This document shows, piece after piece, positions 1-8,537 of a stretch of DNA of 33,587 nucleotides; within the stretch, counting starts at the first letter, position 1; each line of letters starts with the position of its first letter. A program made the translations under genes and the position numbers. This stretch comes from Candidatus Sigynarchaeum calidifontis (GTDB lineage Archaea > Asgardarchaeota > Lokiarchaeia > Sigyniarchaeales > Sigyniarchaeaceae), in assembly GCA_030587475.2 (NCBI GenBank), contig JAUQYZ020000012.1, forward strand, positions 1 through 33,587, read 5' to 3'. The notes beneath the pieces are model-generated. The model made no database searches and had not been told where the DNA came from. It was given only the letters and a program-made list of their open reading frames with translations.

Positions 1-18
1 AGGAGTCTGTCTAACTAA

Positions 19-1672
19 TAATTCACGCCTCGTTCTCTTTAATCTTCTCACCTAAAGAAAAATGTCGGCCTCAAATACATATCCTCCATCCCCGTCTCGG
101 CCGACACGACTGCAAGGAATAACATCGAGATAGCTTTTAGCAGCGTGTCTTTTTTCACGTTTTCAAGACCTCGGACGCGAGTTTGCTCTAAGCCGAGATG
201 CTGCTCGCCGATACCAATTATTCCTTCGATGCACTTCCGCTGGTTGCGTCGTTTCTTGGGAATTTTGACGGGACTCGACTTTCTCTGCGCGATGCTGTTG
301 TTGATATCCCGGTCCGCGAGCGCCTTGCCATTTTCTGGGCTTTGGTAACCATTGTCCGCGTTGACGTTGCCAAATTGCACGCTTGGATATTCAACTTTCA
401 GTTCATCAACCAGCGGAATGAGCGTGATGGAATCGTGCGTGTTCGCCGGATACACATCAGCCTTTATTGGTAGTTTTTTTTGTCGTCTATAAGCAGTTGG
501 ACGCGGTAGCCGAGGAAGACCTGCTTCTTTGCAGCGCAGTAGCCAAGCCGGGCATCTGAGTCAACGTACGAGAATGAAGCCTGCAGCGCGGCGAATAGAC
601 CCGGGAAAAGCAAGTCAACCGATGTATATTGTGGCGTTGAAATCCCGATGAGAAATTTCGTGACATGCGACCTAAATGCTTCGAATGCGGGCGATTTAAG
701 AACCTTCATCAGTTGTTTCTTGAAGTTGGACATCGTTGCTTCGGAAGGCGCCTTGATTCCACCTTGGACTGCTTTTAATAGTGCCGCGTGCTCGCTTTTT
801 TCTAAATATTTCGTTACTTTTGCTTGTGACAAGAATCCGCCAAGCTCACACAACACCACGAGATTCAAGTTCTTGATCCGCTTCGTAACGTTGCCGGAAC
901 CGCCTTTTTTGTAGCCCATGGCTGCTATCACGCCTGCTGCGAGGGCTTGATATGTAGGATCATCGACAAGCGAGCGAGCAAGCAAGCGCATCGTTCAATT
1001 TGATCTCCTTGTTTGCCTTTCCCAAGTTCACGAATGCTTTGACAAGTGCGGAGTCGATGGTCACGCTTGAAAAATCGATCCAACCAGCGCGTGCGAGGTG
1101 ATCGCGCAAAGCATTGAAGACCTCGGTCAAAAGCTCCACGGTTAGCCGTTCCCGCTTAAAATAGCTAAAGGTCTGATGACTCGGTATGTCTTCAAATCCA
1201 AGTGCGGCTGCGAGATGTGGATTGCGGCGCAATTCCCGCTCCAACGCGCGATCTGACATGTTTTTATTCAACTTTGCAAAGATCACGGCCTTGAACATTG
1301 CGATTGGCGGGAATGGTTCACCGCCTCTCGTGCCTGGCTGCCACTTGTACAATGCGTCCAATTTCTCAACAAACGGCGCGAGAATGTTGTCAAAAGGCAC
1401 GGAAAAAAAGATTTTCGTCTCGACACGAGTCCCGTTTTCGTCGCACACCTTGAACACTTTATCCGCCACGAGCTGGAGCCTTTGCTTCTCGAAATAATTG
1501 TTTTCTGTCATGATAGCCATGATTCGTCCACCTTTACATCACGGGTTTTAGACAAGCATGGGTATCACACGGATATAAACTTTACCCAAAATCGAGACGT
1601 TTACGTTAAAACGGGCCGAGACGGCATTGCACGGCCATGTGTTACTTCGGTCATGGCATCTAGCGTGAAATA
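19..1672 (-). mobile_element. Degenerate insertion sequence, IS4/IS5-superfamily (IS5/IS1182-like)
   Basis: Contains the transposase pseudogene at 48..1520. Candidate imperfect terminal inverted repeats are taattcacgc (19-28) and gcgtgaaata (1663-1672; reverse complement tatttcacgc, 9/10 match). No target-site duplication was found, so the boundaries are tentative. Confidence 0.6.
48..1520 (-). pseudogene. DDE transposase split by two frameshifts (ORFs 960..1520, 464..991, 48..455); about 489 aa when rejoined
   Basis: N-terminal DUF772/InsH-like segment (GGEPFPPIAMFK...SDRALERELRRN...IPSHQTFSYF), first Asp in VTIDSALVKA, DSDARLG..FLGYRVQL, PANTHDS, second Asp in ADNGY, Glu in RKCIEG, then LGLEQTRVRGLENV. 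Removing 4 nt at 978-987 and adding 1 nt in the T8 run at 474-481 gives one 1470-nt frame. Confidence 0.88.
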
Positions 1673-1832
1673 GACTGAAACAGAAAGGCTTTAGAAGGTA
1701 AAAAGAATCATTTATACGGACTCGTCAGACTTGCAATTGATGACTGTGCTTTGATAAGTCTCCGATGGGGCATAAGATGGTTTTTATAGGAAAGAATCAA
1801 TAAACAAGCAGTTACTTGTACTTGAGACGAAC

Positions 1833-4493
1833 TTGACAAGAAGGGCGATATTAATGCAAAAAAGAATGCAATGGAAGCAATCGGGCTATTTAACTTTCGG
1901 AATTGTCGTTATAGGAGTTCTAATAGCCATCTCTGCTTTGTTCGTTAATAACGATTCGTATAAAACGAACGTATTATCGCGAATAACCGAGATAAAAGTT
2001 TCCGAGGAGAGTGTTTATGGTGGAGAGAGTATCATCATCGTCGGGAATGAACAGTTTGCAGCATTCCCGTATAAGTCCGGGAACGGTACAGTCGAATCCC
2101 CATACGTGATCGAGAACCTCACGATCACCCAGGAGGCATATCTGCTCGGATTACCTTTTGCAATCGGAATAGTGAACACGAACTGCCATTTCGTGCTGCG
2201 TAATATCACGGTCGCGTATTCTGGCAGTAGTAATTCCTTAATCGCAATCGGCATGCTCAACGTCTCTTTCGCGATGCTGGATGGCGTGACAACAAGCCAA
2301 TGCCAGCAGAGCGTGGTTATCCACAACTCATCGAACATCTTTATTGAAAATAGTGTTTTTCACGATTATAAATTCAATTCTCTTTTTGGAAATGGTGGCA
2401 TTAGCCTTGTTAACGTTGAAAATGCCACGATCGTGAATAACACGATCAGCACGACGGTCGAGGCGAGCAGCATGTTCAATGGGTTGTTGTTACAAAATAC
2501 CACGAGTTGCATCGTGGATGGTAACACGTTTATTCACTCTAGCCTCACGCTCACTGGCGTCGATGGAAACCAGGTTGCATCAAACGATATCCCTGACACG
2601 AACACGGTCGATGGGAGATTGATCGTTTTTAGAAAAAACTTGGTGAATTGTGACATCCGAAATCACATCCCGGCCCAGGATCTCATCGGGAATTTGATCC
2701 TTGCAAATTGTCAGACGTTTACCTTATCTAACATGACGTTGAATCATGGCGATCACCCGCTCGTGTTAGCATTCTGTGGCGATGGCCTTCTTTCTGGCTT
2801 GAACCTCTCCGATTCCGGGCGGGTCGGGCTGACCATGGATGGCTGCATCAACATCAAGGTCGTGAATTGTATTTTGAATAACAACTCGAACGCGGGCATG
2901 ATCCTTGGCGTGTGCTCTGGGTGCATCATCGAGGGATGCGATATTCGCGGAAATCCTAAGGGTGTCCGATTCATCGGTGGAACGAACTCGACAGTAAGAA
3001 ACTGCATTATCGAGAGCAAGGGCACGAATGGCGTGGAGCAATACAGCTGCAGCGGGATTACCATCACAAACTGCACGATTCGGGGAATGGCATATGCAGT
3101 GATCATGGATACCTTCGGATCGCAATACCCTACGGCGACGAACACGACCATCAAGGGTAATGAGATCTCGGATATTAAGTATAACGTGCTGAAGCTCACT
3201 AATAACAGCGAAATATCCTACAATATCTTCAAAAACTGCACCTGGATTGTTATTGAATGCGATTCTGCCAATGATATCGTAGCAAATACCTTTATCGGTC
3301 GTGAAGGGTGCGATAGTGCCGTGGTAATCGATGGCTCGGGTAACGAGGTCGCCAACAATACTTTCTTGTTATTTGAAGAGGGGATCATAATCCACGGTTC
3401 GAACAATGCTGCGAGATACAACAATTTCACGAACTGCACGGCGGCCATCGTTCTCCTATCAGTGACTAGCTGTACCTTGTTCCAGAACATGGTAAGCGGC
3501 GGTGAATTCGACCTGAGCCGGCTCACGTACGGCATCATCGTGAACGGGAGTTCCAATGACACCTCCATCTTGTTGAATACCGTTATGCACTGCTTTATCG
3601 GTATTGTTGTGGCAAATTCAGGGGGTATTCGTACCGTGGTGGACGAAAACCTTGTCATGCAGTGTTTCTACGGCATCTACGTGGGAGAAAACTGCACGGG
3701 TGACTTGCTATGCCGCAATAATTGTACCGGAAACAATCTGGGTATTTTGCTCTTTAAATCAACGAACATGACTATCATCGACAATATCATTGCCGGGAGC
3801 ACGGGTGATGGCATCATGCTAAACGCGGCACATGGTAATACCATCATGTCGAACACGGTTAATAATAACACCGGCAAAGGAATCTACATCGCAGCCCTTT
3901 CTGATGGAAACATCGTGGCCGAGAACACGGTTCAAGATAATACCGACTATGCTGTATATATGACTGGTTGTAACAACTCGATTTACCTTAATAACTTCGT
4001 TAACAACCACGGCGGTCAAGTACAAGCACTGGACATCGGCGTTGGAAACGTGTGGGATGATGGTGAAAAAGGCAACTATTGGAGTGATTACACGAGCCGC
4101 TATCCCGGTGCTCTTAACGATGGGATCGTATGGAACACGGCATATCTGATCGATGGTGATACTGGCGCGATAGATGGATATCCCCTTGTTAGGCCATATG
4201 TGAAAGATCCAGTCCTCGCAAGCCTCAATGTAATCGATGTCGACCTTGTGAACATTAATAACCTCGCCGACTCGGAGTTAAGCGAGGGCCGGTCAATCGT
4301 CGTGAAGTGGCTTGTCTCGATTACCGATGATGTTCTTGGTTCGGTGATGGACCATTATCAAACAACAGGCGAGGTAAATAATCGAGATGTTCGTTTGTTG
4401 CGGATGCTCGTCATCGTCATCAAGATCGTAGCGCGTGATTCCCATATAACGGAGGTTTGTGATAGGATTTTATCCAATATCGCAAACTTATAA
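1833..4493 (+). CDS. Secreted or N-anchored right-handed parallel beta-helix (NosD/pectin-lyase-like) repeat protein; start may be the ATG at 1854
   Basis: N-terminal hydrophobic segment, GNGTVESPYVIENLTI motif, many (G)I...N.(I/V)..N.I..N repeats, NosD-type end NSIYLNNFVNN...NVWDDGEKGNYWSDY...IDGYPL, many N-x-S/T sequons. Confidence 0.88.
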   Translation: MTRRAILMQKRMQWKQSGYLTFGIVVIGVLIAISALFVNNDSYKTNVLSRITEIKVSEESVYGGESIIIVGNEQFAAFPYKSGNGTVESPYVIENLTITQEAYLLGLPFAIGIVNTNCHFVLRNITVAYSGSSNSLIAIGMLNVSFAMLDGVTTSQCQQSVVIHNSSNIFIENSVFHDYKFNSLFGNGGISLVNVENATIVNNTISTTVEASSMFNGLLLQNTTSCIVDGNTFIHSSLTLTGVDGNQVASNDIPDTNTVDGRLIVFRKNLVNCDIRNHIPAQDLIGNLILANCQTFTLSNMTLNHGDHPLVLAFCGDGLLSGLNLSDSGRVGLTMDGCINIKVVNCILNNNSNAGMILGVCSGCIIEGCDIRGNPKGVRFIGGTNSTVRNCIIESKGTNGVEQYSCSGITITNCTIRGMAYAVIMDTFGSQYPTATNTTIKGNEISDIKYNVLKLTNNSEISYNIFKNCTWIVIECDSANDIVANTFIGREGCDSAVVIDGSGNEVANNTFLLFEEGIIIHGSNNAARYNNFTNCTAAIVLLSVTSCTLFQNMVSGGEFDLSRLTYGIIVNGSSNDTSILLNTVMHCFIGIVVANSGGIRTVVDENLVMQCFYGIYVGENCTGDLLCRNNCTGNNLGILLFKSTNMTIIDNIIAGSTGDGIMLNAAHGNTIMSNTVNNNTGKGIYIAALSDGNIVAENTVQDNTDYAVYMTGCNNSIYLNNFVNNHGGQVQALDIGVGNVWDDGEKGNYWSDYTSRYPGALNDGIVWNTAYLIDGDTGAIDGYPLVRPYVKDPVLASLNVIDVDLVNINNLADSELSEGRSIVVKWLVSITDDVLGSVMDHYQTTGEVNNRDVRLLRMLVIVIKIVARDSHITEVCDRILSNIANL

Positions 4494-4507
4494 GGCTTGA
4501 AGAGAGA

Positions 4508-4530
4508 ATTTTCTTGTGCTTTTTTTTATT
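4508..4530 (+). terminator. Probable archaeal oligo-T terminator after the beta-helix gene
   Basis: T-rich tract attttcttgtgcttttttttatt beginning about 15 nt after the stop. Confidence 0.45.
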
Positions 4531-4596
4531 ACTTCGTTCTTCCAAGTAGTTAAAATCATTCTCGATCTGGCAAGTGACATTTATTCCTATGGTTTT

Positions 4597-4683
4597 TAGA
4601 AAAAACGTAACATACGATACTCGAGAAAGGCGGCCAGCACGACCACGATGATGGCGACCGCGAGCGTCCGGCTCCGCGTGCCG
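4597..4683. repeat. Direct repeat copy A: orphan copy of the last ~29 codons of the hydrolase gene
   Basis: 82/87 identical to 6625..6711 by manual alignment. On the minus strand it reads GTRSRTLAVAIIVVVLAAFLEYRMLRFF*. Confidence 0.95.
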
Positions 4684-4693
4684 GATGTCCTCG

Positions 4694-4702
4694 ATTTATA
4701 AG
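4694..4702 (+). promoter_or_regulatory. Candidate TATA box for the LRR gene
   Basis: atttataag just inside repeat copy A, about 80 nt upstream of the ATG at 4778. Confidence 0.35.
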
Positions 4703-4777
4703 CTTACGAAGTAAGTCAAGAGCACACAGTCGGGAACTAACGCTACCGGCTATATCTCTATGGATAGGTTATAATCA

Positions 4778-6610
4778 ATGGGGCAAGAAATCCAAATCAA
4801 GTACAAGGGCAAAGTTATCGAGACTGTCGATAGCAACGCAAGGGAACTTTCTATCGTTTCTTCGGGAATCAAAAGCATCCGGGATATCGAGGGGCTCGAC
4901 CAGCTCGTGGATTTGGAAAAATTGACCGTCAATCCCGGCCTCGTTGATACCGAGGGGCTTGAAAAGCTCGCGAGATTGAAGGAATTAAACCTTGGATTGA
5001 ACAGCATCACCACGATCGCTGGGCTCGATCAGCTCATAAACTTAGAGGTATTGAACCTGGAACGGAACAGGATCAATAGGATCAAGGGGCTCGACCGGCT
5101 CGTACACTTGAAAGAATTAGTTCTGGACGGAAACCATATCATTAAGATCGAAGGTCTTGACCAGCTCGTGAGCCTGGAAAAACTGCGTCTATGGAGAAAC
5201 GGGATAAACAAGATTGAGGGCCTTGACCAGCTCGTGAACCTGAAAGTCTTGGATCTGGGTAACAATCATATCGTTAAGATCGAGAAACTCGATCAGCTCG
5301 TGAACCTGGAAGAATTATATCTATATCTTAACCAGATCGCCGTGATCGAGGGGCTCAGCGGGCTCGTAAACTTGAAAAAGTTGGACGTAATACAACAACG
5401 CGTGCAAATAACCAAGATCGAGGGGCTCGCCGATCTCGAGAAATTAGAATCGATAAATCTGCGCGCAACGGAAATCGCTACAGACGAGGTAATTGACCAA
5501 TTCACAAAATTATTGGCCAAGATGGGGAAAGAAGCTAGCTCGCAACTCGAATACGACCGCTGCGGAAAGATGAATCAAAAAGCGAAAGCAGCCTTGATGG
5601 CAAAGGATCTTACCTTGGCCGCCAGTGTTTTAAACGAGTTGAAAGCATATTGTGGCACGCGGGATCACCAGACAGTCAACATCATTTGCGATAATGAGCG
5701 TTACGGGGGTTCTGAAGAGTATGAACAGAATCCCCACAAATGGCTCATTCCCGCTTATGCCAACCTCAAAATCGTCAAGAAGATCATGAAGGCAAGCAAA
5801 GGGCCTTCGGGAGTCTCAGAAGGGAGCGTCGAGGAAGCCGTCAAAAGTTGGAAAGACCATCCAGCCGCTGCCGAAGCAAGACCCGGTTGTATCGGCCACG
5901 CCGAAATACCTCCGGAGACCAAGTTGCGTGCAAGGATTTTCTCGATTATGGGGGCGATCTGTGGCTTTTTCATCGGATGGGCAGGCGCTAGCCTTCTCGA
6001 AGGATGCATCTTTGGAGCCATCGGTGGAATCTCGATGTACTTGCTGGTGATCGCGATGACATCCAATAGCCGTTCCCTGCCGTCGAACACCATCTTGCTG
6101 GTGATAATCACCGCGGCATTGGGGGGTGCAGGATATCTCATCGGCGCCCTGGGGAGCGGGGACTGGCTCTTGGGTTTGGGCTTGGGCTTGAAGGTCGGCT
6201 TGCTCATCGGGATCGTGCAATCCTTGGGATGTTGGAACATGATGACCATTGACCGCATCGGCGTTCTCGTTCTAATGGCCTTGGGCGCAGGAGCGGGGGC
6301 CGGGATCGGGGCTCTGGTAGGATTGTTCACTCCGGCGGGCGCCGGATACGGGGCCGGCGTCGGGATGTTCATCGGAACGCCTGTTGTTATCATTTATTTC
6401 TCGAGGGTTATTTCCAAATCGTATTTATTCGTTCATATCAGTGGGATCGTTGTAGGTTTCATCGTTGGAGCAGCTTTGCCCGTCGGAGTTGGTATGGGCA
6501 TCGCTTGGGGCCTTTATATTGTATTACTTGCCTTCGTCATCGTTTTGCTAGGTTCGATTTGTGTCCGATACCAGCACGAGGATTTCCCGGAAGAAAGCAG
6601 GTGGGATTGA
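4778..6610 (+). CDS. SDS22/internalin-like leucine-rich repeat protein fused to a glycine-rich multi-pass (~8 TM) membrane domain
   Basis: About 9-10 22-aa repeats LxxLxLxxNxIxKIEGLDQLVN; no N-terminal signal peptide; helical linker; about 8 hydrophobic GxxxG-rich segments from residue ~385 to ~595. Confidence 0.88.
   Translation: MGQEIQIKYKGKVIETVDSNARELSIVSSGIKSIRDIEGLDQLVDLEKLTVNPGLVDTEGLEKLARLKELNLGLNSITTIAGLDQLINLEVLNLERNRINRIKGLDRLVHLKELVLDGNHIIKIEGLDQLVSLEKLRLWRNGINKIEGLDQLVNLKVLDLGNNHIVKIEKLDQLVNLEELYLYLNQIAVIEGLSGLVNLKKLDVIQQRVQITKIEGLADLEKLESINLRATEIATDEVIDQFTKLLAKMGKEASSQLEYDRCGKMNQKAKAALMAKDLTLAASVLNELKAYCGTRDHQTVNIICDNERYGGSEEYEQNPHKWLIPAYANLKIVKKIMKASKGPSGVSEGSVEEAVKSWKDHPAAAEARPGCIGHAEIPPETKLRARIFSIMGAICGFFIGWAGASLLEGCIFGAIGGISMYLLVIAMTSNSRSLPSNTILLVIITAALGGAGYLIGALGSGDWLLGLGLGLKVGLLIGIVQSLGCWNMMTIDRIGVLVLMALGAGAGAGIGALVGLFTPAGAGYGAGVGMFIGTPVVIIYFSRVISKSYLFVHISGIVVGFIVGAALPVGVGMGIAWGLYIVLLAFVIVLLGSICVRYQHEDFPEESRWD
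4860..5470 (+). repeat. 66-bp coding tandem repeats of the LRR array
   Basis: Recurring units such as atcgaggggctcgaccagctcgtg, atcgaaggtcttgaccagctcgtg and attgagggccttgaccagctcgtg, mostly at 66-nt spacing. Confidence 0.8.
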
Positions 6611-6623
6611 ATCTTCCAATAAT

Positions 6624-8456
6624 CTAGAAAAACCGGAACATACGGTACTCGAGAAAGGCGGTCAGCACGACCACGATGATGGCGACCGCGAGCGTCCGGC
6701 TCCTCGTGCCGCTGGCCAGCAAGCCGCCCAGGAAATACACCGCGGCCATGATGACTGGAATGGCGGCCAGGACTAGAAGGTTGATGGGCACCTGGATGGC
6801 CGAGTAGGAGAGCACCGGGAGGGAGTAGATGACCAGTGCGATGCTGGCAAGACGCCAAACGAAAACGATCCCCGTGCCCTTGCCCAGACCGGCGAGCCGG
6901 TGCTTGCCCGCCCCAGGTGCCGCCGGGGACGCAGCGACGATATTCAAGAGGGCCAAGTCGACGGCAAAGTTCAGGAAAAAGATCGTCGTGTAGCAAACGA
7001 ATGCCGAATTGAAAATGCTGATGCCGAACTGCAAGATCGCGCTGGCGCACGCGTCGTAGGTCAGCGAGAAGAAAACCGCCGTCACGGCGATGGACGTCAT
7101 GCCCGCAATCCAGTTCCGAGCTCGAGCTTCATGCATCCACTCCTTGACATTCAATGGCGTGCCGGATTTTCGGACGATGGCCCACTTCGCGGCCACGAGG
7201 AATCCAAGCGCCGAGGCCGGGAAGAAGAGAAGGTACCCCCACATGACCGACGTGGCGCCGGCCGCGACCAACAACCCGACCACGAAAGCGGCCGCAAGTA
7301 TTCCTCCGAGGATCCCGGCGATTGCCCGTCGAGACGGACGGGGGGGTTGCGGTTCCGTGCACGTGGCGGCGTTCGCCGGGCTCGCCGCAACCGGGGCTGC
7401 CGCCCCCCGGAGTACCATGAAGAGTGCCATGAACAGCATGATCGCCGCGGCCACGAGCCAACCCGCTGCCGCGTCCGTGGATCCCGAGGGAACGTCCTGG
7501 ATGGCGATGCCCGCCGCGCTCGCCCACAACGCGGACGTCGACGGCACGGAACCGTTCTGGAGCGACCAGTCCAGCCACGCGATGGCGAGCGACAAGGACA
7601 CGGGATCTGCCTCGTTCCCCGGGTGGTTGAGCCCTGGACGGACGATCACGAGGTTGTCGGTATTGCCCGTGGCATTCGCGCGAGCCGAGAGAGCAAAAGA
7701 ATTGCCGGGCACTACCTCCGTGTCGTTCTCCCCGTGCAAGAAGAGGATGTTGCGCGGGAGCACGGCGCCGATCCAGTTGATCGGGGAGCGCGCCTCCAGG
7801 CTTGCATCGTCGAGCGGGAAGTTGGGCAAGGCGCCGACCAGCTGGGCGACCTGGAAGTCGCCCGATAATAATGCCCCGAAATCTGCCGGGGGATGGTACA
7901 CGGCCGAGGCCGCGACCCTGGCATCCTTGCACGCGGCCAGGACGGAGAACATGGCACCGAGCGACTGGCCGCACAAGGAAACCTTGCTGGAGTTAATGGC
8001 GGGAAATGTGCCAAGCGCCCACGTGATCGTGTCCGAGATATCGGCGGGTTCATCGATGCCGAACGAGGCGATGCCCGAAGAATCGCCGTTGCCCCGCGCC
8101 TCGACGGCGATCGCGACGAACCCGTTGAGGGCGAAATTGTATGCCTTCCAGAGCATCGATTCCTTCCGGCCGTTGATGCCCGGGCTCAAGACGGTCAAGG
8201 CCGTGGAGTTTACGGGGAGGGCATCGAACCCGGCCGGGAGCACGACGTAAGCGGAGAGCGAGTTCCCGTCCCGGAGGGGCACGCGGACTTCCTGGAACGC
8301 GATGCCGCCCGGGTTAGCATCGTAGAACGGCTGGATGCCGGGAATCTGGACAGCCACGTCGCCAATCGCCGCAAACGTGAAGGTTATCGCGAGGATCCCG
8401 AGAATCGTGATTGTTATCGTTCGATTATCGAGCCGTCTCGACGACGATGGGGTCAT
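6624..8456 (-). CDS. Membrane-bound alpha/beta hydrolase (S9/S15-like esterase or peptidase) with one N-terminal and several C-terminal TM helices
   Basis: RDGNSLSAYV, ARGNGDSSG, nucleophile elbow GQSLG, HGENDTEV (Asp), GLNHPG (His); hydrophobic C-terminal half. Confidence 0.88.
   Translation of the reverse strand: MTPSSSRRLDNRTITITILGILAITFTFAAIGDVAVQIPGIQPFYDANPGGIAFQEVRVPLRDGNSLSAYVVLPAGFDALPVNSTALTVLSPGINGRKESMLWKAYNFALNGFVAIAVEARGNGDSSGIASFGIDEPADISDTITWALGTFPAINSSKVSLCGQSLGAMFSVLAACKDARVAASAVYHPPADFGALLSGDFQVAQLVGALPNFPLDDASLEARSPINWIGAVLPRNILFLHGENDTEVVPGNSFALSARANATGNTDNLVIVRPGLNHPGNEADPVSLSLAIAWLDWSLQNGSVPSTSALWASAAGIAIQDVPSGSTDAAAGWLVAAAIMLFMALFMVLRGAAAPVAASPANAATCTEPQPPRPSRRAIAGILGGILAAAFVVGLLVAAGATSVMWGYLLFFPASALGFLVAAKWAIVRKSGTPLNVKEWMHEARARNWIAGMTSIAVTAVFFSLTYDACASAILQFGISIFNSAFVCYTTIFFLNFAVDLALLNIVAASPAAPGAGKHRLAGLGKGTGIVFVWRLASIALVIYSLPVLSYSAIQVPINLLVLAAIPVIMAAVYFLGGLLASGTRSRTLAVAIIVVVLTAFLEYRMFRFF
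6625..6711. repeat. Direct repeat copy B: the current 3' end of the hydrolase gene
   Basis: Matches 4597..4683 at an offset of 2028 nt. Confidence 0.95.
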
Positions 8457-8537
8457 GTCATTGTCTTCTCGTCTTCCGGACTAATAAGACTGATGAACGA
8501 TGGAGAAAGAAGGGTTGAAACAAAAACCAAGGCTCGA

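Noticed and set aside
4860-5470. 66-bp periodic repeats as a CRISPR array
   Set aside because: They are degenerate, in-frame LRR coding units, with no cas genes or leader.
4597-6711. Repeat pair as a diversity-generating retroelement TR/VR
   Set aside because: Mismatches are not confined to adenines on either strand, and no reverse transcriptase is in the window.
8455-8525. Hammerhead ribozyme (CTGATGA...GAAAC)
   Set aside because: Stems I and II cannot form with adequate pairing.
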